A DNA stretch of 64,000 nt from Pseudomonadota bacterium (GCA_021835845.1 JAKBJU010000011.1:3528-67527); one strand, 5' to 3'. Positions 11,214 through 21,547 are shown, numbered from the stretch's first letter. Numbers and translations: made by a program. Notes: a model not told the origin generated them from the letters alone.

Positions 11214-11494
11214 GGATTGGTCATCTTGCGCCGAATCTCTTCGCGCCAGGCAGCAGCCTCGGCCTCGACTTCCTCCGCCGGAATCAGGTCGCCCGCGTTG
11301 GCGGAATCGATGCCGAGCTGCACCTCCCGCCTGAACCACTGGTCATGCACCTCGATTTCCTGCTGCTGCCTCACGAAATCGCGCATGAAATCCCGCAGCA
11401 GCTGGGCACCGGTGCGATCACGCCCCTTCGCGGCACGCGAAAACTGCTTTTTCAGATCAACGTCGACGCGGAAGGTGAAAGTCGCTTCACTCAT
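11210..11494 (-). CDS. Ribbon-helix-helix antitoxin (YacA/CopG-like)
   Basis: [14 protein letters not shown]...A...DR...QLLRDFMR...HD.WFRREV; directly upstream of toxin. Confidence 0.88.
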   Translation of the reverse strand: MSEATFTFRVDVDLKKQFSRAAKGRDRTGAQLLRDFMRDFVRQQQEIEVHDQWFRREVQLGIDSANAGDLIPAEEVEAEAAAWREEIRRKMTNP

Positions 11495-11834
11495 GGCCAT
11501 CCCAGATGTGTTACATGACAAGTGCATGATAGCACAATCAGGCGCAAGGAACACAGGCCGGACTGCTCAACCCAACCTGATTTCGGAAAGGTTATGCACA
11601 GTTTCTGTCGGTAATTCCGCCAATACCTGGAAAAACCCCGAAGAGATCAAGATGCTTTCGGGGATGGGCAAAAAACAGGCATGGAAAAACTTATATTCCA
11701 AGACCAGGCACGTTTCCCCTCCGGTAATCCCCATGGCAGATGCGATGCGCTTTCACGAAATCCCCCTCGGCGCGAATTGTGGCAGCCGATGCGCTATCAT
11801 AGAGAAATTTCCGCAATATCCAGCCACATTTGCC

Positions 11835-12833
11835 ATGACCGAAGAATACGATCTCATCAATTCCCCACTGGAGCAGACCTACACGGAAGGCGACGATACG
11901 GTCGAAGTCTTCATCTACAGGATGCCCGACACCCAATGGTCGCTCGAAGTGCAGGACGTTTTCGGCAATTCCACCGTCTGGGACGATCTGTTCGAGACGG
12001 ACCAGGCGGCCCTCGACGAATTCTTCAGGACGATACAGGAAGAAGGGATAGCATCCCTGATCGGCGAGCCTTCGAAGAGGCATCTTGAGGAAGCACTGGC
12101 ACAAGAGCCTATGCCGCTCAACGACGAACTCACCGGAGAAGAGCTGCTGGAGCTCGACCAGTTCCTGATGTCGGATGCAACGTCGGATGAGACCATGCTG
12201 CTGGATGCACTGGACGGTTACCTGACCGCCATCGTCATCGCCCCCGTCACCGTGCCGACCAGCCGCTGGTATGCGGGGATCTGGGGAAGCGGGAAGGACG
12301 CCAGCCCGGTTTTCGACTCGCCTGACGAGGCGATCAGGATCATGAATCTGATCATGCGTCTCTACAACAGCATCGTCGGGAGCTTTCAATACGACCCGGA
12401 CGCACACGAACCCCTGTTCGATTATCTCCAGATCGAGGGGGACGACCGGGAATACGTCGACGGAGAAATGTGGGCCTACGGATTCATGGAAGGTATCGCC
12501 CTCTGCAGCAGGGACTGGCAAGCCCTGTTCGAGGACCCTGAAGGACAGGAATGGATGAATCCGATCCGCCTGCTCGGCGACGACGACTTGTCGGACGAGG
12601 AGCTGTCATTGCTCGAATCGGCAGAGCAACGCGAGGCCCTGGCGCTGCAGATCCCGGATTCTCTCGCCAACATCTACCGCTTCTGGCTCCCCCATCGCAA
12701 GGAAGTTCACGAACTGATGCTGGCCAGCACCTACCAGAGGGAATCCCCAAAGGTCGGACGGAACGACCCCTGCCCGTGCGGCAGCGGCAAGAAATTCAAG
12801 AAATGCTGCGGCATGGCGCCGACAATTCACTGA
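11835..12833 (+). CDS. UPF0149/YecA-family protein with C-terminal SEC-C motif and extra acidic N-terminal domain
   Basis: [38 protein letters not shown]. Confidence 0.85.
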   Translation: MTEEYDLINSPLEQTYTEGDDTVEVFIYRMPDTQWSLEVQDVFGNSTVWDDLFETDQAALDEFFRTIQEEGIASLIGEPSKRHLEEALAQEPMPLNDELTGEELLELDQFLMSDATSDETMLLDALDGYLTAIVIAPVTVPTSRWYAGIWGSGKDASPVFDSPDEAIRIMNLIMRLYNSIVGSFQYDPDAHEPLFDYLQIEGDDREYVDGEMWAYGFMEGIALCSRDWQALFEDPEGQEWMNPIRLLGDDDLSDEELSLLESAEQREALALQIPDSLANIYRFWLPHRKEVHELMLASTYQRESPKVGRNDPCPCGSGKKFKKCCGMAPTIH

Positions 12834-13056
12834 GCCTCATCTGGCGGGATCGTGCCAATTGCAGCCAGTCGTTACATGTTTAGGTGCAATCAACCGATTG
12901 GCTGCTTTGCTAATCAAACCAGCATATTTAGATACTTTCTTCACACCCGGATTCTTTAGCTATTAAATTGCACGCTGGTTGAATGTTCAGGCGATCCTGA
13001 TAAGAGTAGAATTTTTCAAATTCGTCCGTCGCATCCTGATCGAGTCGCCCAATAAA

Positions 13057-15486
13057 ATGGATATCGTTGGTTCCCTCTATGAAAGCATCCTGAATTTTGT
13101 ACCGGTTGGCGTGTACATCTGGCGTCACAATGCCGACGGTTCGATGGGTTTTGAATATGTCAGCCCGCGTTTTTGCGAATTGCTCGGACTCGAAGCCAAA
13201 GCTATCCTTGAAGATTACCGGTGTACCTTCGACATCGTTCACCCAGACGATATCGACTCCTTGAATCAGTACAACCAGAAAGCACGCGAGTCCCTGACGG
13301 TATTCAATTGGACAGGCCGATTCCTGGTTCAAGGCAAGGTGCGCTGGATGCACATCAAGGCTGATCCAACGCCTGAAGCAGATGGCGGCAGCTTGTGGAT
13401 CGGCGCCATCAGCGATGTCACTGACATGAAGACGGCGGAACTCGCGCTTCAGGAATCCGGCAAGACCTACGAGTCGCTGTTTACCAACATGCTCAACAGC
13501 TTCGCCCATTGCCGAATGATTTACGAAAACGACACCCCTGTTGATTATGAAATCCTCAGGGTCAATCCAGCTTACGAAAGAGTTACGGGACTCAAGGACG
13601 TCGAGGGCAAAAGGATCAGCGAAGTCATTCCGGGATATTGCGAGCAAAGCTCGGAATCGCTCGAGAAATTCGATCAGGTGGTCAAGTCGGGCATCCCGGC
13701 GAGATGGGAACATTACTTGAGCCTGCTCGACAGATGGTACTCGTTCATGATTTACCGCCCTGCAGCGGGTGAATTCGTACTCATCAGTGAGGACATCACT
13801 GAAAGAAAGCATGACGAGGAGTCGCTTCAACAGGCTGACATGGTCTTCAGAAGCACCGGAGAGGCCATTGTACTGACCGACGCGGATAACAACATCATTG
13901 CAGTCAATCCCGCCTTTACAGAAATTACGGGTTACAGCGAATCCGAAGTCATCGGAAAGAACCCCAAGATTCTCAGCTCCGGGCTTCAGGATGCTGCTTT
14001 CTATCAGGCGATGTGGCGCCAATTGCATGAACAGGACAAATGGCAGGGTGAAATTCTGAATCGTCGCAAGACAGGCGAAGTTTACGCCGAACAGCTGTCG
14101 ATCAACATCATCAGGAACGGTGGCGGAAAAGTCTATCGTCATGTTGCCCTGTTTTCGGACGTCACCGAGAAAAAGCGTACCGAGGAAATCATCTGGCGCC
14201 AGGCCAATTACGATGCCCTGACCAGCTTGCCCAACCGCAGGATGTTTCTGGATAGATTCGCCCACCAGTTGAAACAGGCGAATCGGTCCGGAGATAAACT
14301 TGCATTGCTGTTCGTTGATCTCGACCGATTCAAGGATATCAACGACACCCTCGGTCATCTGGTCGGAGACGAGATGCTCATGGAGGCAGCCAGCCGCCTC
14401 AAGGAATGCATCAGGGAAACGGACATGGTCTCTCGCCTTGGAGGAGACGAATTCACGGTCATCCTCAATCACCTTCAGTCGGTAGGGGATGTTGACCATG
14501 TTCTGCAATCCATCTTGTCCAGGCTTTCCAGGCCCTACATGATCGGCAGCGAGCGCATCTTTTCTTCGGCAAGCATCGGCATAGCTGTTTACCCGGACGA
14601 CTCGATCCAGCCTGAAGAACTGCTCAAATTTTCCGATCAGGCCATGTATGTGGCCAAACAGGAGGGTAGGAATCGCTACAGTTTCTATACCCCTGAATTG
14701 CAGGAAGCCGCTCGGGAGCGAATCCACATGCTGTCGGAATTGCAGGGTGCGCTTGCTTCGAATCAGTTCAGGGTGTATTTCCAGCCTATCGTGGAACTCG
14801 ATACAGGACAAGTTCACAAGGCGGAAGCCTTGTTGCGCTGGCTGCATCCGAACCGCGGACTGGTGAGCCCATCAACCTTCATTCCGCTGACGGAAGAGAC
14901 GGGGCAGATCATCGAGATCGGCGACTGGGTGTTCCGCGAATCGATGGACTGGGTGAAGCGATGGAATGATTTATCGAATCAAGGCTTCCAGATCAGCATC
15001 AACAAGTCCCCTGTACAGTTTCGGGCAAGCCATCATGCTGGTACATCCTGGCTTGCGTATCTCGAAGAACTGGGACTGTCAGGACACAACCTGGTGATTG
15101 AAATTACCGAAGGCATGCTGCTCAATCAAGACGACCAGACCTTGAACAAACTCATACAGTATCGCGACGCTGGAATCCAGGTGTCGATCGACGATTTCGG
15201 CACAGGTTACTCGGCGCTCTCCTATCTTCAGCGATTCGATATCGATTATCTCAAGATCGATCAGTCCTTCGTGCGCAACATGGCAGTCGACTCTTCCGAT
15301 CTGGCCTTGTGCGAAGCTATTATCGTCATGGCACACAAGCTGGGCCTAAAGGTTATCGCAGAAGGGATAGAAACCGTTGAACAGCGGGACCTGCTGGCAT
15401 CAATCGGATGCGATTACGGGCAAGGATTTTATTTTGCCAGACCCATGCCGGGAGAAGAGTTCGAGAAAATCTTGATCAAGCAGTGA
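13057..15486 (+). CDS. Multi-PAS diguanylate cyclase/phosphodiesterase (GGDEF-EAL)
   Basis: Three PAS-like segments, D.LT.LPNR, RLGGDEF, EALLRW, DDFGTGYS, IAEGIE; start uncertain (TTG 12979 possible). Confidence 0.93.
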   Translation: MDIVGSLYESILNFVPVGVYIWRHNADGSMGFEYVSPRFCELLGLEAKAILEDYRCTFDIVHPDDIDSLNQYNQKARESLTVFNWTGRFLVQGKVRWMHIKADPTPEADGGSLWIGAISDVTDMKTAELALQESGKTYESLFTNMLNSFAHCRMIYENDTPVDYEILRVNPAYERVTGLKDVEGKRISEVIPGYCEQSSESLEKFDQVVKSGIPARWEHYLSLLDRWYSFMIYRPAAGEFVLISEDITERKHDEESLQQADMVFRSTGEAIVLTDADNNIIAVNPAFTEITGYSESEVIGKNPKILSSGLQDAAFYQAMWRQLHEQDKWQGEILNRRKTGEVYAEQLSINIIRNGGGKVYRHVALFSDVTEKKRTEEIIWRQANYDALTSLPNRRMFLDRFAHQLKQANRSGDKLALLFVDLDRFKDINDTLGHLVGDEMLMEAASRLKECIRETDMVSRLGGDEFTVILNHLQSVGDVDHVLQSILSRLSRPYMIGSERIFSSASIGIAVYPDDSIQPEELLKFSDQAMYVAKQEGRNRYSFYTPELQEAARERIHMLSELQGALASNQFRVYFQPIVELDTGQVHKAEALLRWLHPNRGLVSPSTFIPLTEETGQIIEIGDWVFRESMDWVKRWNDLSNQGFQISINKSPVQFRASHHAGTSWLAYLEELGLSGHNLVIEITEGMLLNQDDQTLNKLIQYRDAGIQVSIDDFGTGYSALSYLQRFDIDYLKIDQSFVRNMAVDSSDLALCEAIIVMAHKLGLKVIAEGIETVEQRDLLASIGCDYGQGFYFARPMPGEEFEKILIKQ

Positions 15487-15682
15487 TGCCGACATTGCTC
15501 TCATTTCCACATCGTGATGCGTTGGTCAGGTTGAGCGGAATATCGTCCGCGAATATTTGTTCGAAGTGTCTGGATTAATCAAAATTGCTGACACCGTGCA
15601 TTCGATGGATCGATCGGCTGCATAGGGCACGGAAAAGACCTTGCTTCCGCCTTGATGATTGTTGTGCAATAATCAACATATC

Positions 15683-15970
15683 ATGTCAGAGAATACGAAA
15701 TCCAAGCACGGGGGACACAGGCCGGGGGCAGGAAGGAAGCCCGGAACCGGGGCATTCAAGGAGCCGACCAAGCCGATCAGGGTGCCGGAGAGCCAGGTCG
15801 CCACTGTGCTCGATTACCTTTCAGCTTACCGACAGAAGCGCGAAGCGCCCTCCTCCGCCATTCCCATATTAACCGACGCGCCCAGGCGAACGATACCTGT
15901 CATGTCCCACAGGGTGCCGGCGGGTTTCCCCAGCCCCGCGGACGACTACGTTCAGGACCGGGTGGTTTAG
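15683..15970 (+). pseudogene. umuD: Truncated UmuD/LexA-like protein with N-terminal DNA-binding extension
   Basis: HGGHRPGAGRKPG..TKPIRVP extension, then RVPAGFPSPADDY cleavage-site motif and a stop; S24 peptidase domain absent. Confidence 0.75.
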
Positions 15971-16093
15971 CATGCGTCGATCCATGGTTTTCTCCAAATC
16001 CATGGGTTACAGCAATGCCATTACTGTGAACACCCCCTAAGAATGGAATTCATTCTCCATTTGATTCTGCGAAAGCATCGACAGGCCATCACC

Positions 16094-17200
16094 GTGAAAA
16101 ATTCAATTTCCGCGCTGCTTCTTTTCTCTGCCTTGTGTTCATCCATTCAATTGCATGCCGCGGATCAACCCGACATGCCGATGTTGGACCATGTATTCCT
16201 GATCATGCTGGAAAATCATGATTACGATGAGCCGGGCAACAAGCCATCGATACTCAGGAACGAAGCCGATGCCCCTTATATCAACAAGATCGCAGGCGAG
16301 TATAACCTGGCAGCCAATTATCTTGCGGTCGGGCACCCCAGCCTCACGAATTATCTGGAAATAGTGGGCGGATCGAATTTCGGCACCAACAGGGATCTGT
16401 CTCCCAACTGGGGATCGGAGAAGAACGTGAACAACCGATATGGCATCATTCCTGCGCGCGGCACCGAAGTGGCAAGCCGTTCCTGCCTCGATTCGGGATA
16501 CTGCGCCAATGACAACCTGGGTTATGCGATAGCCGGCGGCGCATCCTATGTCGGGAAAACGATAGCCGACCAGCTGGAGCAGTCCGGGAAGACATGGCGG
16601 TCATACCAGGAATCGTTGCCGGTTCGGGGCGGATACGGGATAGATAACGCCGATGGCCGGAAAACGAATATCGGCGCCCTGCTTTATGTGGCCAAACACG
16701 ACCCCTTCGAATATTTCAAATCCACTCAAGGTTCGAGATACATCCTGGGCTATGCATCGGATCTGCGCAACAAATCGATAGATGGCGATCTGGCGAAGGA
16801 TCTTGCGACTGGAGCCGTGGCAAATTTCAATTTCATCGTCCCGAACCAGTGCCACGACATGCATGGCACGTCCCCCTGTTCCGATGCGCATGCATTGATC
16901 CGTGACGGCGACAGGGAAGTCGAAACCCTGGTCGCCGCAATCACCCATTCTGCCGTTTGGAAAAAGGGCAGGAACGCGATTATCGTGATGTGGGATGAAA
17001 ACGATTACAGCGTAACCGGCAACAATCAGGTTCCGGTGATCGTTGCGACAAACTATCAAACCAGGAACATACGCTCCCTGAAAGCCTACAATCACTTTTC
17101 CCTGCTCAAGACGCTGGAACAAGGATTCGGACTCAAGTACCTCAATCACGCTGGCGACCCGCAAATACAGGTCATGTCCGACATTTTTGCGCCTCGATGA
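16094..17200 (+). CDS. Secreted phosphoesterase (acid phosphatase/phospholipase C-like family)
   Basis: Signal peptide, HVFLIMLENH, HPSLTNY, KHDPF, PNQCHDMH, WDE, YNHFSLLKTLE; GTG start (ATG 16043 alternative). Confidence 0.88.
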   Translation: MKNSISALLLFSALCSSIQLHAADQPDMPMLDHVFLIMLENHDYDEPGNKPSILRNEADAPYINKIAGEYNLAANYLAVGHPSLTNYLEIVGGSNFGTNRDLSPNWGSEKNVNNRYGIIPARGTEVASRSCLDSGYCANDNLGYAIAGGASYVGKTIADQLEQSGKTWRSYQESLPVRGGYGIDNADGRKTNIGALLYVAKHDPFEYFKSTQGSRYILGYASDLRNKSIDGDLAKDLATGAVANFNFIVPNQCHDMHGTSPCSDAHALIRDGDREVETLVAAITHSAVWKKGRNAIIVMWDENDYSVTGNNQVPVIVATNYQTRNIRSLKAYNHFSLLKTLEQGFGLKYLNHAGDPQIQVMSDIFAPR

Positions 17201-17370
17201 TTGCCCTCATAGACCTGATGCAAGCTGCGCCTTACGAGTCTCCCTGCTCAGTCCTGTAGAAGCACGCCACTCCGGGGCTGCCTCGGCTTTCAGGCCGGCA
17301 AATTCACGTTGACTTTGGCCGGCTTCAAATTAGAATTGGGGAAGGAGGATTTCCTGATGCGGCCCGATCG

Positions 17371-17697
17371 ATGAGCATTTTGTCCACCAGCTCGAACAAC
17401 TCGACCATACCCGTGCTGGTTGCTCAACAGCGGGTGCAGGGGGACCGTTCGCAAGTGCAGCATGATCAGGCGCAGCTGAGGCAGGATCAGGCGCAGTTGA
17501 ACAGGGACGCAAGCCGCCTGAATGCCGCCCAGCAGCAGTCAGGCGGGCTGCAGAAAACCTTGGCGAGCCTTGCGCTGCAGCTGGGGCAGGGAAATCTGAC
17601 TCAGGCTGCGCAACCGGCACCGTCGCAACCTTCTCCGCAACCCACGGCCGGCACCAGCGGTCAGACAGTGGGAACCGTCATTGACGTCCACGCCTGA
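17371..17697 (+). CDS. Gln-rich coiled-coil small protein with FlxA/YjfB-like C-terminus
   Basis: Q.DQAQL heptad repeats; ends GTVIDVHA; sigma70-like TTGACT-16-TAGAAT at 17309-17336. Confidence 0.6.
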   Translation: MSILSTSSNNSTIPVLVAQQRVQGDRSQVQHDQAQLRQDQAQLNRDASRLNAAQQQSGGLQKTLASLALQLGQGNLTQAAQPAPSQPSPQPTAGTSGQTVGTVIDVHA

Positions 17698-17734
17698 AAC
17701 CGTCCGACATTCGGACGCGGCTAGCTGCAATACT

Positions 17735-18529
17735 TCAAGGGAAAAGCGTCAGTACGCTCTTCTGCGTGTCATTGTACATGTTGAGCGCATACATCGTCGC
17801 CTGTTGCCGGATATTGCTTCGCGCGAGGGAGGATGCCGAAGATGCGTAGTTGGTGTCGCCCAGTGTGCCATTCGCGGCAGACAGGTTGTTGTAGGCTGCG
17901 CCCTGCGTGGACTGCGAAACATTCAGTCCGGTTTGCGCGGCACCCAGGCTCGCGCCCGAGGCGCTGACCTGGTCGATGGCGCTGCTCACGGAAGACAGGG
18001 CCGAAACCTGACCCGCGGAGGTAGTGACATTGACTCCGGACACGCCAAGCGACGAAGCAGTCAGATTGGTCGACGGCACGCTTTGCGTATTGCCGACGTT
18101 CGGACCATTCTGAGCAGACAGGTTCTGCGTGCCGTTGAGCAGCGTCTTCCCGTTGAATTGCGTATTGTTGGCGGTCTGGTTGATGTCCTGCACGGACTGG
18201 TTGATCTGGGCCTGGATTGCCCGCTTGTCGGACGCATTCAGCGCGCCATCGCCCGCCTGAACCGACAGCGTGCTGATATTCTGCAGGTCGCTGCCAACCT
18301 GGGCAACGCCGCCCTGGGCGACATTCAGCATGGAGGAGGCATCCTGCGCATTGCTCATGGCCTGCGCCGTGCCGGACAACTGGACGGTATACGAAACGGA
18401 CTGCGCCATTCCTGCAGGATTGTCGGCGGCAGTATTGAGCTGCTTGCCTGAACTCATCGACTGCATCGACAGATACTGATTGAGGTTGATGCTGTTGAGC
18501 GAGCTCATCAAACCGGTTGACATTGACAT
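17735..18529 (-). CDS. Orphan minimal flagellin
   Basis: SSGKQLNTAADNPAG, NAQDASSML..AQGG, TQFNGKTLLNG, AIDQVS...ASLGAAQ, DTNYAS, SVLTLF; 264 aa; AGGGG RBS. Confidence 0.9.
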   Translation of the reverse strand: MSMSTGLMSSLNSINLNQYLSMQSMSSGKQLNTAADNPAGMAQSVSYTVQLSGTAQAMSNAQDASSMLNVAQGGVAQVGSDLQNISTLSVQAGDGALNASDKRAIQAQINQSVQDINQTANNTQFNGKTLLNGTQNLSAQNGPNVGNTQSVPSTNLTASSLGVSGVNVTTSAGQVSALSSVSSAIDQVSASGASLGAAQTGLNVSQSTQGAAYNNLSAANGTLGDTNYASSASSLARSNIRQQATMYALNMYNDTQKSVLTLFP

Positions 18530-18563
18530 GAATTGCCCCTGATTCCAGTCATTTTCAGATCCA

Positions 18564-18592
18564 AGCATAGTGCGAAATTCTGGAATAGGCAA
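18564..18592 (-). promoter_or_regulatory. sigma70-like promoter of flagellin gene
   Basis: TTGCCT-17-TATGCT on minus strand; no sigma28 GCCGATAA box seen. Confidence 0.45.
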
Positions 18593-18600
18593 GACAAATC

Positions 18601-18634
18601 AAAGGCAGCGGCGGGCATGCCTGACGCCCGCCGT
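18601..18634 (-). terminator. Terminator-like hairpin after peroxidase gene
   Basis: CGGCGGGC...GCCCGCCG stem followed on minus strand by a short T-rich tail. Confidence 0.5.
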
Positions 18635-18649
18635 GCAAACACCCGTTTG

Positions 18650-19657
18650 TCAGGGAAGCTTGGGTGGCGCGATCCTGTTGATTCGCTCGTCCGTGAGGGT
18701 ATTGAGAAATGCGATCAGATCCGATTTTTCCTTCTCGCTCAGATCAAGCTTGGATATCAAGACATCCTGGTTCGCATCCTTGGGATTGCCCCCCTGGTTA
18801 TAATGGTCGACCACTTCCCTGAGCGACGAAAAAGCGCCGTCGTGCATGAAAAAGGCGAAGGATGACGAATTGTACAGCGAAGGGGTCTTGAATTTCCCCT
18901 TGTCCGCAGGATCCTTGGTGACCTCGTACCGCCCCAGATCTTCCTTGAGAGGCCCCACCTGCGGCACGCCGATATTGTGGAAGCCGTTGTCCGTCATGAG
19001 AGGCGGCGTATGGCAAAAGTTGCATTTGCCCTTGCCCTGAAAGATCTTGAAGCCGCGTTTCGCAGCCGGCGAGATCGCCTTGGCATCCCCGTTGACGTAG
19101 CGCTGAAATGGTGAAGCCGTCGCATCCAGGGTTCTTTCGTAGGAAGCGATGGCCTTGGCGATATTCTGCGGCGTCACTTCTTCTCCGAAGGCCTTCTTGA
19201 ATTCCGCCTTGTATCCCGGGATCGCGTTGAGCCTGACCACGATCGCATCGACATCCCCGCCCATCTCGCCCGGCGCGCTGATCGGCCCCATGTGGCCGGG
19301 GAGCGCGCCGGTTTGCTCTTCGAGAGAAGCGGCCCTGCCGTCCCAGAACAGGGAAGTGTAATAGGCCGAATTCACCCAGGAGGGCGCCCACCTGCCAAGT
19401 TCCCCGCCGTGGCCGAAAGCCCTGGGCGTGGGACCCGCCCCTCCCGTTGCGGGAAGATGACAGCTCGCACAGTTCATGGAATCGTTCTTGGAAAGGCGGT
19501 TGTCGAAAAGAAGCTGATGCCCCAGTTCGACCTTGGCTGCGTTCTGGGGGTTGTCCTTGGGAACGGGAACGGCGGGAAGCTTCCAGGCTGAAAGATCGTC
19601 CGCCCGGGCTGCGGAAAAAAGCCCCATCAGGACAAGAAACATACCTGTTTTCTTCAT
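18650..19657 (-). CDS. Di-heme cytochrome c peroxidase/MauG-family protein
   Basis: Signal peptide, LFDNRLS, CASCH, FWDGRA, CNFCH, FKTPSL, FMHDG. Confidence 0.92.
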   Translation of the reverse strand: MKKTGMFLVLMGLFSAARADDLSAWKLPAVPVPKDNPQNAAKVELGHQLLFDNRLSKNDSMNCASCHLPATGGAGPTPRAFGHGGELGRWAPSWVNSAYYTSLFWDGRAASLEEQTGALPGHMGPISAPGEMGGDVDAIVVRLNAIPGYKAEFKKAFGEEVTPQNIAKAIASYERTLDATASPFQRYVNGDAKAISPAAKRGFKIFQGKGKCNFCHTPPLMTDNGFHNIGVPQVGPLKEDLGRYEVTKDPADKGKFKTPSLYNSSSFAFFMHDGAFSSLREVVDHYNQGGNPKDANQDVLISKLDLSEKEKSDLIAFLNTLTDERINRIAPPKLP

Positions 19658-19897
19658 GCTCATCTCCTTTTTGTTTGCGTTGAGAAACTATAGCCAAGAT
19701 GCCTGATTTTATCAAAATGTATTTCTCAATCGCTCCGATAGCGATTGTTGCACGAACGCAACAGCCCTCCGGAAAATTAACTTTATTTAATAAAACTGCA
19801 ATATTGCTTGTATTAAATACGGACTTGCGCGATCAGTGCAAACGCAAAAGAAGAGCGGCTTCTTCTTTTACATCATCTTCAAAATAGGGGTAATTTC

Positions 19898-21520
19898 ATG
19901 CGAAAGCAAAACATTTTCACGCGGACAAAGATCAGTCTGGTCGTCGCGTCCTGCCTGGCTGCTTCCAGCATGCCGGCGTTCGCTGCCGACTCGTCGCAGA
20001 TCGACGAAATGAAGCAGGAAATCAAGGCGCTCGAACAGAAGCTCGAATCCATGCAGGCTGACGTTCAGAAGACCAAGCAGGTTCAGCAGCAAACCGCAGC
20101 CAAGGTAGATGAAACCAAGAAGGCCCAGGAAGAAACCCAGGTCAAGGTGGAGAAGGTGGCATCCACCGTAACGAACATGTCCGAATCGATCAGGGGCATC
20201 CCGACAGGAAAAGGCATCCAGGTCGGAAAGGTCAACCTGCAGTTTGGCGGCTTCCTCGCTTCAGAAACGGCCTATCGTTCCAGGAGCCTGCAGTCTGACA
20301 TCGGCTCGCCCTACACCGCCATTCCTTTTGCTTCTTCGGTAGGCGACAATCGATACAACCAGTCCGAGTTCCGCGGAACTGAAAGGCAGTCGAGGGTATC
20401 CATGCTGGCCACCGCGAATGTCGATCCCGAAACAGTGGTGTCGGGCTATTACGAGCTGGACTTTTTGGCTGCACCGGGTACCGCCAATCCGAACCAGAGC
20501 AATTCGTTCAGCCCAAGAACCCGCCATGTTTATGCCAATATCGACTGGCTGGATTCTGGATTCCATATCCTGGCAGGACAGAACTGGTCTCTCGTGACCC
20601 TGAACACCCAGGGCATTACCCCGAGAAACGAATACATTCCTCTGACCATCGACGCACAGTACGTGGTGGGCTTCAACTGGGCCCGCCAATGGCAGTTCCG
20701 CATGGTCAAGGACTGGGACAAGAAATACTGGGCAGCGCTTTCCTTCGAAAATTCGCAGACTCACGGCGTGGGTGGCGTGTTGCCGACTGGCGTAACAGGC
20801 TACGGATACACCCTGCCCAATGTAGGTGGATCGCTGTTTAATAGCGCAAACACAATGTCCTATAACAAATATCCTGACATCGTCACCAAGTTTGCTGCTG
20901 AAACCGACTATGGCCATTATGAAATCTACGATCTGATGCGCAATTTCCAGAGTTCTTCGACCACGACCCCTGCAACCGCGAACACCTGGACCAATGCAGT
21001 CGGCGCCGGCGCGATCATTCCGATCGTACCCAAGGTTCTCGATTTCTCGATCAGCGGACTGGTCGGCAAGGGCGTCGGACGGTACGGCACCAGCCAGCTG
21101 AACGATGCAACCTACAATGCGCTCGGCGAACTCACCCCGCTCAATGGCAGTTCTTTCCTGGCTGGCCTGACCTGGAAAGCCGATCCGAAATGGGATGTCT
21201 ATGCCAACTACGGCGAGGAAAGAGTCAACTCCAGTACCTATGCTTGTGCCAACGGCACAACCGGCACCTGTGGATTTGGCGATGGAGTCGTTACGTCTGC
21301 AAACTTGGTTGCTACTACCGGCATGTCCCCTTACCTGAGAAATGTAGCGCAATCCACTGCAGGTGTATGGTGGAGCTTCTACAAGGGTGGTTACGGCGCA
21401 GCCAAGCTTGGTCTGCAATATTCGCATACCACACTCAACACCTTCGCAGCCGCTGGCGGCGGTTCCTTGAGTACCAGCGACAACATGTTCTTCACCAGCT
21501 TGCGCTACTACCCGTTCTGA
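19898..21520 (+). CDS. Outer-membrane porin with N-terminal coiled coil (DcaP-like)
   Basis: Signal peptide, Q/E/K coiled coil, RQSR, YYELDF, LAGQNWS, C-terminal aromatic RYYPF. Confidence 0.75.
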   Translation: MRKQNIFTRTKISLVVASCLAASSMPAFAADSSQIDEMKQEIKALEQKLESMQADVQKTKQVQQQTAAKVDETKKAQEETQVKVEKVASTVTNMSESIRGIPTGKGIQVGKVNLQFGGFLASETAYRSRSLQSDIGSPYTAIPFASSVGDNRYNQSEFRGTERQSRVSMLATANVDPETVVSGYYELDFLAAPGTANPNQSNSFSPRTRHVYANIDWLDSGFHILAGQNWSLVTLNTQGITPRNEYIPLTIDAQYVVGFNWARQWQFRMVKDWDKKYWAALSFENSQTHGVGGVLPTGVTGYGYTLPNVGGSLFNSANTMSYNKYPDIVTKFAAETDYGHYEIYDLMRNFQSSSTTTPATANTWTNAVGAGAIIPIVPKVLDFSISGLVGKGVGRYGTSQLNDATYNALGELTPLNGSSFLAGLTWKADPKWDVYANYGEERVNSSTYACANGTTGTCGFGDGVVTSANLVATTGMSPYLRNVAQSTAGVWWSFYKGGYGAAKLGLQYSHTTLNTFAAAGGGSLSTSDNMFFTSLRYYPF

Positions 21521-21547
21521 TCCTTCGGAAACAGGCAAGTCGTACTC

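Larger units (their letters stand above)
10019..15970. mobile_element. Decayed genomic island remnant integrated at tRNA-Leu
   Basis: Integrase remnant immediately 3' of tRNA, TA module, truncated umuD; no attR copy found, so the right boundary is approximate. Confidence 0.5.

Noticed and set aside
11402-11410. CTGGGCACC match to the tRNA-Leu 3' end as attR
   Set aside because: Only 9 bp and inside the antitoxin coding sequence; expected by chance
11592-11614. Inverted pair of DnaA-box-like 9-mers (TTATGCACA and TGTCGGTAA)
   Set aside because: One and two mismatches, only two boxes, no rep gene or AT-rich unwinding element nearby
10962-11834. N-terminal extension of the 623-aa ORF 10962-12833
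   Set aside because: Antisense to the toxin-antitoxin pair; recognisable protein starts at 11835
12928-14847. Long antisense ORFs (also 8669-9883, 29887-31377, 34492-35922, 49051-50598, 54163-55797)
   Set aside because: Shadow frames opposite well-supported genes, typical of high-GC codon bias; no motifs
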